Part shown: positions 46,388 through 56,499 of the stretch, piece by piece
How the letters are laid out: the number at the start of each line of letters is the position of its first letter
Numbering within the stretch: position 1 is the stretch's first letter
Assembly (NCBI GenBank): GCA_038885755.1
Contig: JAVZZH010000003.1
Span: forward strand, 1 to 64,000
Length of the DNA: 64,000 bases
Reading direction: 5' to 3'
Origin: Candidatus Caldarchaeum sp.
GTDB taxonomy: Archaea > Thermoproteota > Nitrososphaeria_A > Caldarchaeales > Caldarchaeaceae
Notes under the pieces: model-generated
Database searches by the model: none
Seen by the model: the letters and a program-made list of their open reading frames with translations, nothing else
What the model was told of the DNA's origin: nothing
Position numbers and translations under genes: made by a program

Positions 46388-47266
46388 TCAAGGCCTCCAC
46401 CCGCTCAGAAGGAGCAGGGTGTAGGAGACAGCCAGCACGTCAGCCGTCGCAGCCGGCTTAAACCCAGCTCGGAGAACTCTACCAGCCATGTCCTCGAAAG
46501 CCCTCCTACCCCTGTCTGTGTGGAACCCTCCTTGGTCCAGAACCCTGCGGGCCATCCTTGACAGAGTTCTCGCCGCATGCCTGCCGAACATTCTAGAGAC
46601 ATGGCTGTCAGGTAGGTGGCTCATGATGTTGAGGAACGTGTTTACGCCGGCTGTGTTGAGGTCATGTTGAGCGAGCTGTTTCCTCAAGTGTTTGTATCCG
46701 TGTATGAAGCTGGCACGGTAAGACGTGGTGTACTCGGCCGCCACCACCTCCATGCTTCCGTAGGGCTTGAAAGCCTCCTGAACCCCAATCCTCCTCTCAG
46801 CGATCCTACGGTAGGTCTTCTCATCAAACACGTCCAAGTAAGCTACACGGCCCAAATGCCCGGGGTTCACCGTTCGGACAGCCTTGAAGATCATCAGAGT
46901 CTCAGCGGCGTTGATTTTCTTCAGAACTTCCCCAACCCTCTTCCGGAGGTTGCTGAAGTCTCTGCAAGACCCTGCGGCTTTCGCGACAGGCGTGAGGAGG
47001 AGGACTGCGCCCAGATGAGTGTTCCCACCCCTCTGCCACGAAAGCATGTCTCGGCAAGCATTCAGCACAACACCGCCGACAGACCGTCCTGCCGCAGCGT
47101 CGCGGAAGTGTTTGTAAAGGGCGGTGGCTGATGCTATGAATTGGGCGTATTGTTCGCCGTGTGAAGACCGGTCGACAAGCCCGGGTTTCGGCGTCGTAGC
47201 CAGCTCGAGCAACAGCCCGGCCGTGCAGCATCTCGCAACGTCATCGGGCGTGAGCGTCATCTTCAA
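46388..47266 (-). CDS. citG: CitG-like triphosphoribosyl-dephospho-CoA synthase family
   Basis: LE....KPGLVDR, NTHLG..LL, PDSH..R and P..TAD. Confidence 0.85.
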   Translation of the reverse strand: MKMTLTPDDVARCCTAGLLLELATTPKPGLVDRSSHGEQYAQFIASATALYKHFRDAAAGRSVGGVVLNACRDMLSWQRGGNTHLGAVLLLTPVAKAAGSCRDFSNLRKRVGEVLKKINAAETLMIFKAVRTVNPGHLGRVAYLDVFDEKTYRRIAERRIGVQEAFKPYGSMEVVAAEYTTSYRASFIHGYKHLRKQLAQHDLNTAGVNTFLNIMSHLPDSHVSRMFGRHAARTLSRMARRVLDQGGFHTDRGRRAFEDMAGRVLRAGFKPAATADVLAVSYTLLLLSGWRP

Positions 47267-48096
47267 AGAACGAAGTACACCGTGAAGCCGAAGAATAGAG
47301 CGGTGAGGATCGTAAGCGGAAGCCCGGGGAAGACCGGTCTCTGCCTAGCAAGCCTGAGCGTAGCAGCGTACCCGGTCAGCAAACCTGCGACCGCAGCCGC
47401 GGCGGGTACCGTGCCTAGGTTTGTCATGGCGAATGAGTAGAGAACCGTGTAGAAGAAAAGGTCGCCAAGACCTATCGCGACGCCTCTGAAGTCTACCACT
47501 AATCCCTTGAGGGTGCTGGTGTCAACCTCGCCCAACGTGCGTAGATGTCCTTTGAACACGACGAGCAAGTCGTAAACCGATATCGCCACAAGCATAACCA
47601 GCGAAGTCCAGAAAGGAATGGAGGACCCTATTATCACTCCCGAGGCTGATGCGACGTATGAGCAGGCTAGGAGACCCGCGGTCTCCGATTTGGAGACGAC
47701 TGCTAGGGCGGCTGCTGCGGAGAACGCTGTGGAAAGGGCTAGCATCGCTTCCAAGCTGAGGTCGGTGAGCAGAATCATGTAAAACATACACGTGGTTAAG
47801 GCGACTAGGCTGAAGACCGTTATGACTAGGGTGCGGACAAGCCTCCTGAACCTTAGCAAGGCTATCAACGCAAAACTTCCGACGAACATCGCGGCAACAA
47901 CCATGAGAGAGTTTATGTAGGGAGCGGGGGTCAAGAGCAGCGACGGCCCCTCCTCCACTTTCTCGGGGATTGGAGTGATGACGGGCTGGGGTAGGAAAAC
48001 TCCTTCAACAACCATCTGGAAAAACAACGCCATCGATAGGGTGAGAGCTACGGGCGCCAGCCTCACAGCATACTCGCTCAAAGCCCCTAAACTCAT
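47263..48096 (-). CDS. Presenilin-family (GxGD) intramembrane aspartyl protease
   Basis: About 9 TM helices; YD (SVYD), GLGDLFFY and PAL-like PGLP motifs. Confidence 0.88.
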   Translation of the reverse strand: MSLGALSEYAVRLAPVALTLSMALFFQMVVEGVFLPQPVITPIPEKVEEGPSLLLTPAPYINSLMVVAAMFVGSFALIALLRFRRLVRTLVITVFSLVALTTCMFYMILLTDLSLEAMLALSTAFSAAAALAVVSKSETAGLLACSYVASASGVIIGSSIPFWTSLVMLVAISVYDLLVVFKGHLRTLGEVDTSTLKGLVVDFRGVAIGLGDLFFYTVLYSFAMTNLGTVPAAAAVAGLLTGYAATLRLARQRPVFPGLPLTILTALFFGFTVYFVL

Positions 48097-48149
48097 CTCT
48101 TCCGCCCTGTAATCTCGACGATATAACTACTTATATACATCCATCCCCG

Positions 48150-48911
48150 TTGAGTCTCGTGGTCGAAAAAGCTCATCTGCGGTTCACGTCATCCGGCATA
48201 AACGGGCTCGACGTCCTGCTGGAGGGGAAAGGATTCCCGGCTGGTTCTAACATAGTGGTGATGGGGTCGCCGGGCTCCGGTAAGACAACCTTCGGCCTGC
48301 AGTTTCTGAGCTATGGATGCAGAAACGGTGAGAACGGTGTTTACGTCACCTTGGACGAAAGGCCCGATAACGTCATCAGGAACGCCCAACGGATAGGAAT
48401 AGACTTGAGGCCCTTCATCGTGGAGAACGCTCTCGCAGTGGTTGACGCGTCACCCATCAGGACAATCCCGGGCCAAGTAAAGATAGGCAACATCTCGATC
48501 GGCAGGAAGGAGTTTTCCTTGACGGCTTTAGTGGCTGCTGTGGTTAACCATGCACGCGACATCGACGCCAAACGCATAGTCGTCGACTCGCTGACGTCGT
48601 TCTTCCTACAGTATCCACGGGGAGCTGAGAGGCGGATAGCCTTCATGGATTTCCTGGAGGGCATAGCTCCCCTCGAATGCACTTCGCTGTTCCTCACAGA
48701 GCTTAGGATGAGCGGCTTGGAAAGAGTATACCAGTTTGAGGAATTCCTCGCAGACGGCGTCATCATAATGAGGAAGTATGTGAAGAACTCATCAATAATC
48801 CGATCTATCCAGGTTGAGAAGATGAGGGGGGTGGACCACAACGTTGACGCTCATCCCTACCGGTTTGGGCCGGGAGGGATAGAGGTTTACCCGACTGAGA
48901 AGGTAATCTAG
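48150..48911 (+). CDS. Single-domain KaiC/RAD55-like ATPase
   Basis: SSGI.GLD, GSPGSGKTT, Y.T.DE, RIVVDS, ADGVI and KMRG..H. Confidence 0.92.
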   Translation: MSLVVEKAHLRFTSSGINGLDVLLEGKGFPAGSNIVVMGSPGSGKTTFGLQFLSYGCRNGENGVYVTLDERPDNVIRNAQRIGIDLRPFIVENALAVVDASPIRTIPGQVKIGNISIGRKEFSLTALVAAVVNHARDIDAKRIVVDSLTSFFLQYPRGAERRIAFMDFLEGIAPLECTSLFLTELRMSGLERVYQFEEFLADGVIIMRKYVKNSSIIRSIQVEKMRGVDHNVDAHPYRFGPGGIEVYPTEKVI

Positions 48912-48921
48912 CTCGTTGAAT

Positions 48922-50394
48922 CTATAGAAGCGTGGCTTTGAAACTGCATCTGTCGGCACCCATAGCCCTGCAGGTCATCTCGAAGCAGTCCACCTTAGTT
49001 TTCAAACACACCGAAAGCACTCCAATCACCACTGCGGAAACGAACTTGTCGCAGAACGGCGAGTCAGAACTCACGCCTTCACACAGGCGACAGTTCTTAA
49101 CGTCGAAAACCCAGCTGTTCCTAGTCGAGTTTGTGAACGACACATCCAAACCCCATCCAGCTTTCAGGGTCAAGGCGACCAGCTTAGGCACGTGCTTCGC
49201 TTCAAACCTTCCAGCACTACTCCCCTCGAGACGTCTAACGTATTCTAGAGCCGTCTTCCTGGCGGACAGCTGGCCGAAATAGTAGGTCGCCGCACGTGCG
49301 TCGGCTAGAAAGTCGGGCCTCTTGGCTGAAGTGTATTCAATCACTCTCCTCATGGCCTCCAAGACCGCTAGATGAGCCTCAAGCGGAACCATCTGCACTT
49401 TCTTCCCGATAAAAATCCGCGGAATAAACGCAAGCCTCAACACAATTCTAGTCGGAATGAGCAGGAAAAACCTGCTCCGCAGCCTCAGCCCTGTCCTGGC
49501 TTTCCCAGAAGGCTCGGGGTCAACCTCCTTGACCTTCACGACCCCGCTGGCTATCCATCCAGCTAGCTTTTCCTCAATCTCAGGCCAGACATCGGGGTAA
49601 AGGCTCTTGAACGTCGAGAGCCTGCTGCCCTCAAGCCCCGTCAAAACCACGTAGTCGGAAAGAGGCATTACGTCCGGGCCCACGTCGCCCAGCGTGAAGA
49701 CAAGCCTGTCCTCCTTACTCTCCAGCATCTTCTTGATCGACTCTAGGGAGACAGGGCCCGACGGCAGGTCTTCGAGGAGGACGCCGTTCCACTCTATCAG
49801 CAGTTTGTCATGAATAATCTCGTACCTTATGTTCTTGAGATGGAACTGGGGGTCGCACCCCCTTATCGGCATCATGTAGTAGACAAACTGGCTGTCGTTC
49901 CTAGCCACGGATAAGTCGATGACCGAGTCGACTATCGCCCTAGCCTTCTTCTCAAACTCTGTGAACGTGTTCTTTGGGATGAGGTAGAACTCCACAGTTT
50001 TGGACATGAAAACATCCTTCTGCCAGATCTCAAACAACTTCAGCACCTCGTCAGGGTTGTGTCTCACAAGCAGCTCGGGCAGGTATGTGTGGAGGAGGAT
50101 CTTTCCCCTCTCCTGCCTCCTCCTCTGGTTGACGTGAATAGACAGGTCCTGCAACCCTTCCGTCGACACCACAGCCTGCCCGGAGCCTGATTGGTGATAA
50201 CGTGCTGAGACGACTTCGACGACGCTATCCCACCGCTTCTTCAACAACGCCCTGAGAAAAGCACGAGCTTCGCTGAAAGTCTCGTCAGCAACCAACACAG
50301 TCATACCGGGCCTCAGCTTGACAATCTGGTCAAAAACCGAGTGGCCAGTCGTCGAGAGAAGCTCCGCGTCTTTCTTCACGCTAGCGCTATCCAT
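48922..50394 (-). CDS. Degenerate RecA/KaiC-like domain fused to a C-terminal V4R domain
   Basis: N-terminal TTG...FD...RPG.TVLV without a Walker A lysine; C-terminal C.LC...FC...G......E.TC.A.G...C.F V4R pattern. Confidence 0.72.
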   Translation of the reverse strand: MDSASVKKDAELLSTTGHSVFDQIVKLRPGMTVLVADETFSEARAFLRALLKKRWDSVVEVVSARYHQSGSGQAVVSTEGLQDLSIHVNQRRRQERGKILLHTYLPELLVRHNPDEVLKLFEIWQKDVFMSKTVEFYLIPKNTFTEFEKKARAIVDSVIDLSVARNDSQFVYYMMPIRGCDPQFHLKNIRYEIIHDKLLIEWNGVLLEDLPSGPVSLESIKKMLESKEDRLVFTLGDVGPDVMPLSDYVVLTGLEGSRLSTFKSLYPDVWPEIEEKLAGWIASGVVKVKEVDPEPSGKARTGLRLRSRFFLLIPTRIVLRLAFIPRIFIGKKVQMVPLEAHLAVLEAMRRVIEYTSAKRPDFLADARAATYYFGQLSARKTALEYVRRLEGSSAGRFEAKHVPKLVALTLKAGWGLDVSFTNSTRNSWVFDVKNCRLCEGVSSDSPFCDKFVSAVVIGVLSVCLKTKVDCFEMTCRAMGADRCSFKATLL

Positions 50395-50433
50395 CAGCCG
50401 CAGTATCTCCGGCCCGCCGGCTATTAACGCTTC

Positions 50434-51141
50434 CTAGGAGTGCTTCGCCCGGGACAGAGCTATCAAAGAACCGCCCATCATCCTCTCCTCAACCTCAACA
50501 TGTCTGAAGAAGGTTTCTAGCAGAGACTTGAACTCGCTGTTCCTCGGAAGCTTGTCGTATGTTTTGTGGATGGAGTAGACTTTCAGCCCCGGCGGGCCAA
50601 CCCTCAAGAAAGCCAGCAGAGGCGCCACGGTCCTCCAGTAGAGGGATATCGCGATGTTTTTGAGACGGTTGTCGGGCTTGCCTAGGTCCACGACGACCAG
50701 CTTGCCGTTGGAGGTCATGACACGCCTGACCTCGTCCAAGGCCTTTTTCATGTCCCGGGCGTCCCTCAGCGAGAAACCCATCAGAACGCTGTCGAAGACA
50801 TCGTCCCTGAAAGGTGTTCTCTCAAAGTCGCCCAGAACAGGGTGAGTGTTCCAGCTCGAACCAGACCTTGACAGCATCTCCGGCAGTATGTCGAGCATCA
50901 CCACATCCCGCACACCGGGCTGCTGCTCGAGCAGCACCGTCGTGAAGACCCCGTTGCCTGCGCCGGCGTCCAGCACCAGCTCGTCCAACCCCACACGCCC
51001 GCATACAGCCCTTACCCTCAGCCTCCTGTCCAAGCCGAGAGAAATCATTCTGTTGACTTTGTCGTAGAAGGGGGCGATGGTCTTGATGGACTGCATGACC
51101 TCGGGCCAGACACGCCCCAAGCCTAGAGACTTTTCCTCCAT
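50434..51141 (-). CDS. UbiE/MenG-family SAM methyltransferase
   Basis: IA..YD..N..ISLG.D, VLDAGAGNG and PF.D..FD...GF.LR. Confidence 0.88.
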   Translation of the reverse strand: MEEKSLGLGRVWPEVMQSIKTIAPFYDKVNRMISLGLDRRLRVRAVCGRVGLDELVLDAGAGNGVFTTVLLEQQPGVRDVVMLDILPEMLSRSGSSWNTHPVLGDFERTPFRDDVFDSVLMGFSLRDARDMKKALDEVRRVMTSNGKLVVVDLGKPDNRLKNIAISLYWRTVAPLLAFLRVGPPGLKVYSIHKTYDKLPRNSEFKSLLETFFRHVEVEERMMGGSLIALSRAKHS

Positions 51142-51182
51142 CGCCGCGTAATTCTCTGCTGCAGAGATTTAAACGACGTGTT

Positions 51183-51935
51183 GTGTGGATTTATTCGATG
51201 AGGGATAGGGCTGGCGAGGCTGTTGAGCTTCTGCAGAGCAGTTTGGGGCTGAACAGGTATCAGGCTAGGGCTTACTTGGCTGTGGTGATGGGGTGCAGGA
51301 AGGCGAAGGACGTGGCTGGTAGGGCGGGCATACCGATAACGAGAGTCTACGACACGCTTCAAAGCTTGGCTGAGATGGGGCTTGTCATGAAGACGGAGAA
51401 GGGATACAGGCCGCTGGAGCCGTCCCACGCCCTGACGAACCTTTTCCAGAGAGAGCAGAGAGCTTTGGAGAAACATCTTGAGGCTAGGAGGAGGGGTTTG
51501 GAGAGGCTTGTGGGGTTGATGTCTTTCTACATGAAAACGGAGGAGGATGAGGCTGACACAGCTCTGCTTAAAGGGCTTGAGCCTGTTGTGGTCAAGACGA
51601 TGGAGGTCTGCGGGCGTGGGTCGACGCTCGTCTTCGCCGTCAGGAAAGCCGTCAAGCTCAAGCAGATATTCAGGGAAGCTGTTGAGAAGAACCGTTCGAA
51701 AAACATCGTCTTCATAGTTCATTCTTCAGTGACGTTAAACGGCGAGGACAGAGAGTTCTTCACCAAGCTCGGGGCGAGAGTCGTGCAGAGTCCAGCGGTC
51801 TTGGTCGACATGCTTGTGTCTGACGCTGGCGAGGCGTTGGTAGGGCTTCCGCTCGACGACGAGCCTGTAGTCGTCTGGGTGAGGCACCGGGGTTTCGCAG
51901 GATCCCTCCTGCAGGCTTTGCTGGAGAGTTTTTAG
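51183..51935 (+). CDS. TrmB-family regulator
   Basis: LGL..YQA.AY and A.IP..RVYD.L.SL..MGLV. Confidence 0.9.
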   Translation: MWIYSMRDRAGEAVELLQSSLGLNRYQARAYLAVVMGCRKAKDVAGRAGIPITRVYDTLQSLAEMGLVMKTEKGYRPLEPSHALTNLFQREQRALEKHLEARRRGLERLVGLMSFYMKTEEDEADTALLKGLEPVVVKTMEVCGRGSTLVFAVRKAVKLKQIFREAVEKNRSKNIVFIVHSSVTLNGEDREFFTKLGARVVQSPAVLVDMLVSDAGEALVGLPLDDEPVVVWVRHRGFAGSLLQALLESF

Positions 51936-52501
51936 GGCGGAGGCGGAGGAGGTGGTGGGGAAGGAGCCCCTGCTCCGGGCTGTATCTGGAAGAAGGCCAC
52001 GGCGAGCAGTATGTAGGCCACGAGAGCGACCAAAGCTCCGACCAGCACGATGGTGAGCAACGCACCGATAAACAGCAGGAGGCCGGCCGTCCTGAACATT
52101 TTTATGCCCAGCGTGTCGCCGACGAGGTTGAGTGATTTTCTCAGGAAGAAGCTTGACACGACTGCGAAGACCCAAACAACGGCTAGGCTGATTAAGATCG
52201 TTGTGAGCAGGAGGCCGAAGTTGGGGACCGACGGGCCAGCGCCTCCACCTAGGACGGCTAACAACCCTACACCTCCCGCGACAACCCCCGCAACGGCGCC
52301 CACTATGCCTACAACCGTGGCTATCAGGGCGTTCCTGAAGATCTCGCCTTGCTGCACGGCTTCCGAGATGTACTTCAGGGCTAGGAGGACTAGGATGAAG
52401 CCGACGATGCTCAGGACGAAACCGATGCTGGGAACGATCGAGAGGAAAAGCATGACGGAGCCGACTCCGCCGAGTAGCCGGGCTTGAGAGATATCAGCCA
52501 T
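51932..52501 (-). CDS. DUF996-like membrane protein with poly-Pro tail
   Basis: A..LGGVGS, G.ILVL.A...IS, F.TAG....IGA.L.I..VG and AVAFF; ATG 52501. Confidence 0.82.
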   Translation of the reverse strand: MADISQARLLGGVGSVMLFLSIVPSIGFVLSIVGFILVLLALKYISEAVQQGEIFRNALIATVVGIVGAVAGVVAGGVGLLAVLGGGAGPSVPNFGLLLTTILISLAVVWVFAVVSSFFLRKSLNLVGDTLGIKMFRTAGLLLFIGALLTIVLVGALVALVAYILLAVAFFQIQPGAGAPSPPPPPPPP

Positions 52502-52535
52502 GCCTCTCACCTCTCCTAGTCTGTTATAAGCTTTT

Positions 52536-53195
52536 CTAAAGCTCCTCCACGACACCCTTCTCCTGCACGATGATAACCTTGTCGGCGAGGTCGACGAACA
52601 ACCCCGTCTCCAAGACGCCCGGAATTCTTCTCAAGCCACTGTTAAGCCCAGCCGGGTCCTCAACCACGCCGAACGCAACATCCAAGATGTAGTTGCCGTT
52701 ATCGGTCACGACCGGCCCGTTCTTACCCGTCGACGTGCGTAGAACCGGAACCGCGCCATCCTCCTTGAGAACCTTGACGACGTAGCCGACGGCGAAGGGA
52801 AGAACCTCCAGAGGAACGGGCTTGTCAAGCTTGCTGGAGAGCTTGTCATATGTTCCGGCGAATATCCTCTTCCTCGAAGCAGCGGCTAGAACCTTTTCAC
52901 GCATCAACGCTGCTCCGCCGCCTTTAATCATGCTGCGGCTGCTGTCCACTTGGTCGAAGCTGTCGATGTAGAGGTCTGGATGTGGATGTCTGTCGAGCGA
53001 CGTGATGGGGAGCCCTGCTTTGGCTGATTCGAGATAGGTTTGGGACGAGGCGGGTATGACTTCAACGGATTTACCTGAGTTCGCTATCTCGATTATCATC
53101 AGCGAGACCGTTGAGCCGCTGCCCAGCCCCACCACCATGCCGTCCTCAACGTAGGCAGCAGCAGCCTTGGCTGCCTCAAGCCTCAGCTCCGTCAT
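52536..53195 (-). CDS. rpiA: Ribose-5-phosphate isomerase A
   Basis: VGLGSGST, IKGGGAA..REK, TDNGN.I.D and PGV.E.GLF. Confidence 0.96.
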   Translation of the reverse strand: MTELRLEAAKAAAAYVEDGMVVGLGSGSTVSLMIIEIANSGKSVEVIPASSQTYLESAKAGLPITSLDRHPHPDLYIDSFDQVDSSRSMIKGGGAALMREKVLAAASRKRIFAGTYDKLSSKLDKPVPLEVLPFAVGYVVKVLKEDGAVPVLRTSTGKNGPVVTDNGNYILDVAFGVVEDPAGLNSGLRRIPGVLETGLFVDLADKVIIVQEKGVVEEL

Positions 53196-53478
53196 CGTCC
53201 TCACCCTCGACAACCCTCAAAACCTTCTCCTCAAACATCCTCACCCTCTCCTCAGCCTCCAGAACAAGCTTCGAGAAACGGGTTTCAACCTGCTCCGGAA
53301 GGTCGGAGGGCTGCAGCACAACCACCTGCTTCACAGGCTGCGACGCCTCTGTTCTCCTCCTCGACACAGCGTAAGCCGCCCCTAATGCGGTGGAAGCCAC
53401 GAATGCAGCCACGACTAAAGCCAAGTCCTCAAGCAATCCCGCCCAGACAGCCTCAACCCAGTCTATAAGCGTTAACAA
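53176..53478 (-). CDS. Hypothetical single-TM protein with coiled coil
   Basis: Hydrophobic helix then an E/R-rich helix; overlaps the rpiA start; start uncertain. Confidence 0.5.
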   Translation of the reverse strand: MLTLIDWVEAVWAGLLEDLALVVAAFVASTALGAAYAVSRRRTEASQPVKQVVVLQPSDLPEQVETRFSKLVLEAEERVRMFEEKVLRVVEGEDDDGAEA

Positions 53479-53553
53479 ACCTAGGACGGCTGGAAAATAC
53501 CGTCGTGCTCGGCGCCGAAATACCTCAATATACCGGCCGTAGTCTTAGGATAC

Positions 53554-54081
53554 GTGAAGGCTTTGGAGGTTGTCGGCCGCAAGAATTCCGGCAAAACAAC
53601 CTTGGTGGAGTATTTTGTGGAGAGGTTTACACGGGACGGCTTCAGGGTTGCTGCTGTCAAGCACATACACCACAGCTTCACCATCGACACTGAGAACAAG
53701 GATACTTGGAGGATGGCTCGGAGCGGTGCGTGGCTTGTGGCCAGCGTTTCGCCCAACGAGACGGCTGTGATGTTCCACGACCCGAGCGAATGGGAGCAGA
53801 AGGTCGAACGGCTCATGAGGATAATGGATGAGGAGATGGTTGACGTAGCTGTCTTCGAAGGGTTCCACATGCTTCTAGGCGGGAGGGGGGACGTTCACAA
53901 AATCATCACCGTCAAAGAAAGCCAAGACCTAGAGTATTTTCTCAACACTCTGAAACCACCCGTGATAGCCGTGGTCGACATCTCTGGACGGCTCGCATGC
54001 AAAACAGACCTTCCATTCTTCACGCCACCTCTGTCGGAAGACCTCTACCAGCTGGCTAGGAGAGTGCTCGGGCTTGCGTAA
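53554..54081 (+). CDS. mobB: Molybdopterin-guanine dinucleotide biosynthesis protein B
   Basis: G.KNSGKTTL, VKH.HH..ID...KDTWR...GA and EGF. Confidence 0.93.
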   Translation: MKALEVVGRKNSGKTTLVEYFVERFTRDGFRVAAVKHIHHSFTIDTENKDTWRMARSGAWLVASVSPNETAVMFHDPSEWEQKVERLMRIMDEEMVDVAVFEGFHMLLGGRGDVHKIITVKESQDLEYFLNTLKPPVIAVVDISGRLACKTDLPFFTPPLSEDLYQLARRVLGLA

Positions 54082-54949
54082 GCCTGCGGGAGTTGTTCTC
54101 GCCGGAGGTGTTTCGAAGCGGTTTGGGGGAGATAAGGCGATGGCGTTAGTGGCTGGGGAGCCGATTGTCAGGAGGGTTTCCCGGACACTGCATGAAGCGG
54201 TTGGAGAGGTTTACCTGTCCGTCAAAACAACGGAAAGAGGAGCCGTGCTCATGGAGGCATCCCGCCCCTACGTGACGGGTTTTCTGGTTGACGAGTTCCA
54301 GCTCGGCCCCGTCAGCGGTATTTTGACGGCTGCCAAACAACTCGAAGCCGAGACTCTGCTGACCACATCCGTCGACGTCCCGCTGCTTAGGCCTGAAACG
54401 CTGAAAAACCTGCTGAACCACCTCCGAGACACGGGAGCCGAAGCCGCCTCCGTTGTATGGGCTGACGGAAACGTCGAAACCCTGATACAAGCAATAACCA
54501 GAAAAACCGTCATCCGGTATGCTGAAAGGTTTTTAGGAGCACGGGCCTCGTCCTGCAGGCCTTCAGACTTGCTCCGTGCAGCCACCGCTCTTCTGCTTGT
54601 CCACGTATCACGGTTAACAAAGGACCCGACCGAGTTCGCCAACATAAACACGCCCGAAGACCTTGAGAAGCCGAGGCCACGGGTCAGCTCGAAAAACCTC
54701 GTCCGGGATAACCTCGTCCTCCGCGAATGCAGCCCTTTATTCGTAAGGGCTGTGGAGCAGCAGGAACACGGCAGCCACTACGAAGCAGGCGTCAGCTACT
54801 TCACAGAAGCTTGTTCATACATGCGATACGGAGTATGCCGTCTCTCAGCCCACGCCTTCGACGACTCGGCGCAGATGTTCAAGCAGGCTGGGATGGTTGA
54901 CTGGACGAGCCTCGCCGAGCAGCTGGCGGAGTTGATGGTTAAAAATTGA
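54074..54949 (+). CDS. mobA: Molybdenum cofactor guanylyltransferase with helical C-terminal extension
   Basis: LAGG.S.RFGGDKA, GP.SG, D.PLL and NINTPEDL. Confidence 0.88.
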   Translation: MRKPAGVVLAGGVSKRFGGDKAMALVAGEPIVRRVSRTLHEAVGEVYLSVKTTERGAVLMEASRPYVTGFLVDEFQLGPVSGILTAAKQLEAETLLTTSVDVPLLRPETLKNLLNHLRDTGAEAASVVWADGNVETLIQAITRKTVIRYAERFLGARASSCRPSDLLRAATALLLVHVSRLTKDPTEFANINTPEDLEKPRPRVSSKNLVRDNLVLRECSPLFVRAVEQQEHGSHYEAGVSYFTEACSYMRYGVCRLSAHAFDDSAQMFKQAGMVDWTSLAEQLAELMVKN

Positions 54950-54979
54950 TTTTAATTGTGGTGTTTAAGTGTATGGGTC

Positions 54980-55246
54980 ATGGCTAAGGTGTTGATGGTT
55001 GTCCGAATTCTTCCAAGCGATTCTGACATGGACTTGGACAGCCTTCTCGAACGTGTGAAGAGTGGTCTTCCAGCCGAGGTGGTTGTTAGCGATAGCCGGA
55101 GGGAGGAGATTGGGTTCGGGCTTGAGGCTTTGGTTGTCGGGTTTCTTATGCCCGAGGTTTCCGGTTTGGGCGAGTCGCTGGAGAGGTACTTGGCGTCCGT
55201 GGACGGCGTAGGAGAGGTCGACGTAGTCGCGGCCACCCGTGTCTAG
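54980..55246 (+). CDS. ef1b: Elongation factor 1-beta
   Basis: V....ILP...D.D and EEIGFGL.AL. Confidence 0.93.
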   Translation: MAKVLMVVRILPSDSDMDLDSLLERVKSGLPAEVVVSDSRREEIGFGLEALVVGFLMPEVSGLGESLERYLASVDGVGEVDVVAATRV

Positions 55247-56385
55247 TGGTTCACCGGCCCGCTCTCCTCAACTTCCTGCATTAAGGCGGACAACCTACGC
55301 AGAGCAGCTACCTTCTCGCCGTCGCCTATCCTCGCCTTCATGACCGCATCCCTCAGCACATCCGCGGCCTCAACCATCGCCCTCCTGTCCACGTAGTAAG
55401 GCCTGCCGCTCTTCGTCCCGAACGCATAAGCGTACTTGACAGGGTCATGCCATGAAACGCTCGAGCCGTAAACCAAGCACGCAACGTAAGCAAGGCCGCG
55501 AACAGTAGCCGGCCCGATGCCGCTTATGGTCAAAAGCTCCTCAAACCCACGCACGTTCTTAGCCCTCCGTAAAGCCGTCTCCTCAAACCTCTTGGGCGGG
55601 AGAAGGGTCTCAGGCATCCTCTCAACGACAAACTTTACATCCTCGTCGAGAAGCGTCTGCTTCTTCATCAAAGCCTTCGCACGGTTCAAGTCCTCGTTCA
55701 GCCTGCTGGGAGGAGTGTCGGAGAGCATCTCCAAGACCGTTTTACGTGTCTCAGCAGACTTCCTGCTCGTCATGTCGAGCACAACTTCCTCCACCCTGTC
55801 GCTCACGATGCTGGCGTGCGGCTCCTCGACACCGACACGCCTCTCGCTCGACCAGTGGTACCTCCTAGCTGTTCGGGCTCTGGTGTTCATCCCCTGATTT
55901 ACAACAGCCCACTTCCCAGTCTCCGAGACTATCGTGGAGTGGAAGTAGATGTCATGCGAGTCTTGGACGGCTGCGTCGTCAACGGAGCATGTAAGCTTGA
56001 TGACTCGCCGTACCTCGCCGACGTCTCGCACGCCTATCTCGCTGAGCGTTTTAGCGGCTTCAAGCTGAGCCATCCTCATCTCGCTCCCCTTACCTCCCAG
56101 AACCCTCACAGGGATGTCTGTGCCCGCCAACCCCTGCTTGACAGCCCTCAGCGTAACAGTTGTCTGGCCGCTGGTGTCCCATTCGAAGCCCAAGACGCAT
56201 GCGAGCGAAGTGAGCCAGAACGGGTCTGCAAACCTCTCGACAACCACGTCGGGGCCATGCTCGTTGGACAGGGCCCTCACAACCTCTCTGCCCAGCTCCA
56301 CCATCTCCCTGAAGTGGGGGACGAACCCCTCAGCCAGCCACAGAGTAGCCGAGCCCGAGCGCCACATCCGTCCCAAAAACAACAC
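55243..56385 (-). CDS. DUF763 family protein
   Basis: G.A.L.L, DPFW...ACVLG..W..SG.TT, D..AVQD, QGMN...ARRYHW and DPVKY..A.G.K.G.PY. Confidence 0.9.
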   Translation of the reverse strand: MLFLGRMWRSGSATLWLAEGFVPHFREMVELGREVVRALSNEHGPDVVVERFADPFWLTSLACVLGFEWDTSGQTTVTLRAVKQGLAGTDIPVRVLGGKGSEMRMAQLEAAKTLSEIGVRDVGEVRRVIKLTCSVDDAAVQDSHDIYFHSTIVSETGKWAVVNQGMNTRARTARRYHWSSERRVGVEEPHASIVSDRVEEVVLDMTSRKSAETRKTVLEMLSDTPPSRLNEDLNRAKALMKKQTLLDEDVKFVVERMPETLLPPKRFEETALRRAKNVRGFEELLTISGIGPATVRGLAYVACLVYGSSVSWHDPVKYAYAFGTKSGRPYYVDRRAMVEAADVLRDAVMKARIGDGEKVAALRRLSALMQEVEESGPVNH

Positions 56386-56499
56386 GATGAAATTATTTAT
56401 TGTTTAAAGCTCGTCCCGATGTATGCACTTATATAACCCGGACGCCAATAAATGCACAGTGAACCCCGACAACATCGTCTCGGTTCACATACTCTGCAG

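Noticed and set aside
51932-51965. GGA/GGC/GGT triplet run as a repeat element
   Set aside because: Encodes the poly-proline C-terminus of the membrane protein with mixed codons.
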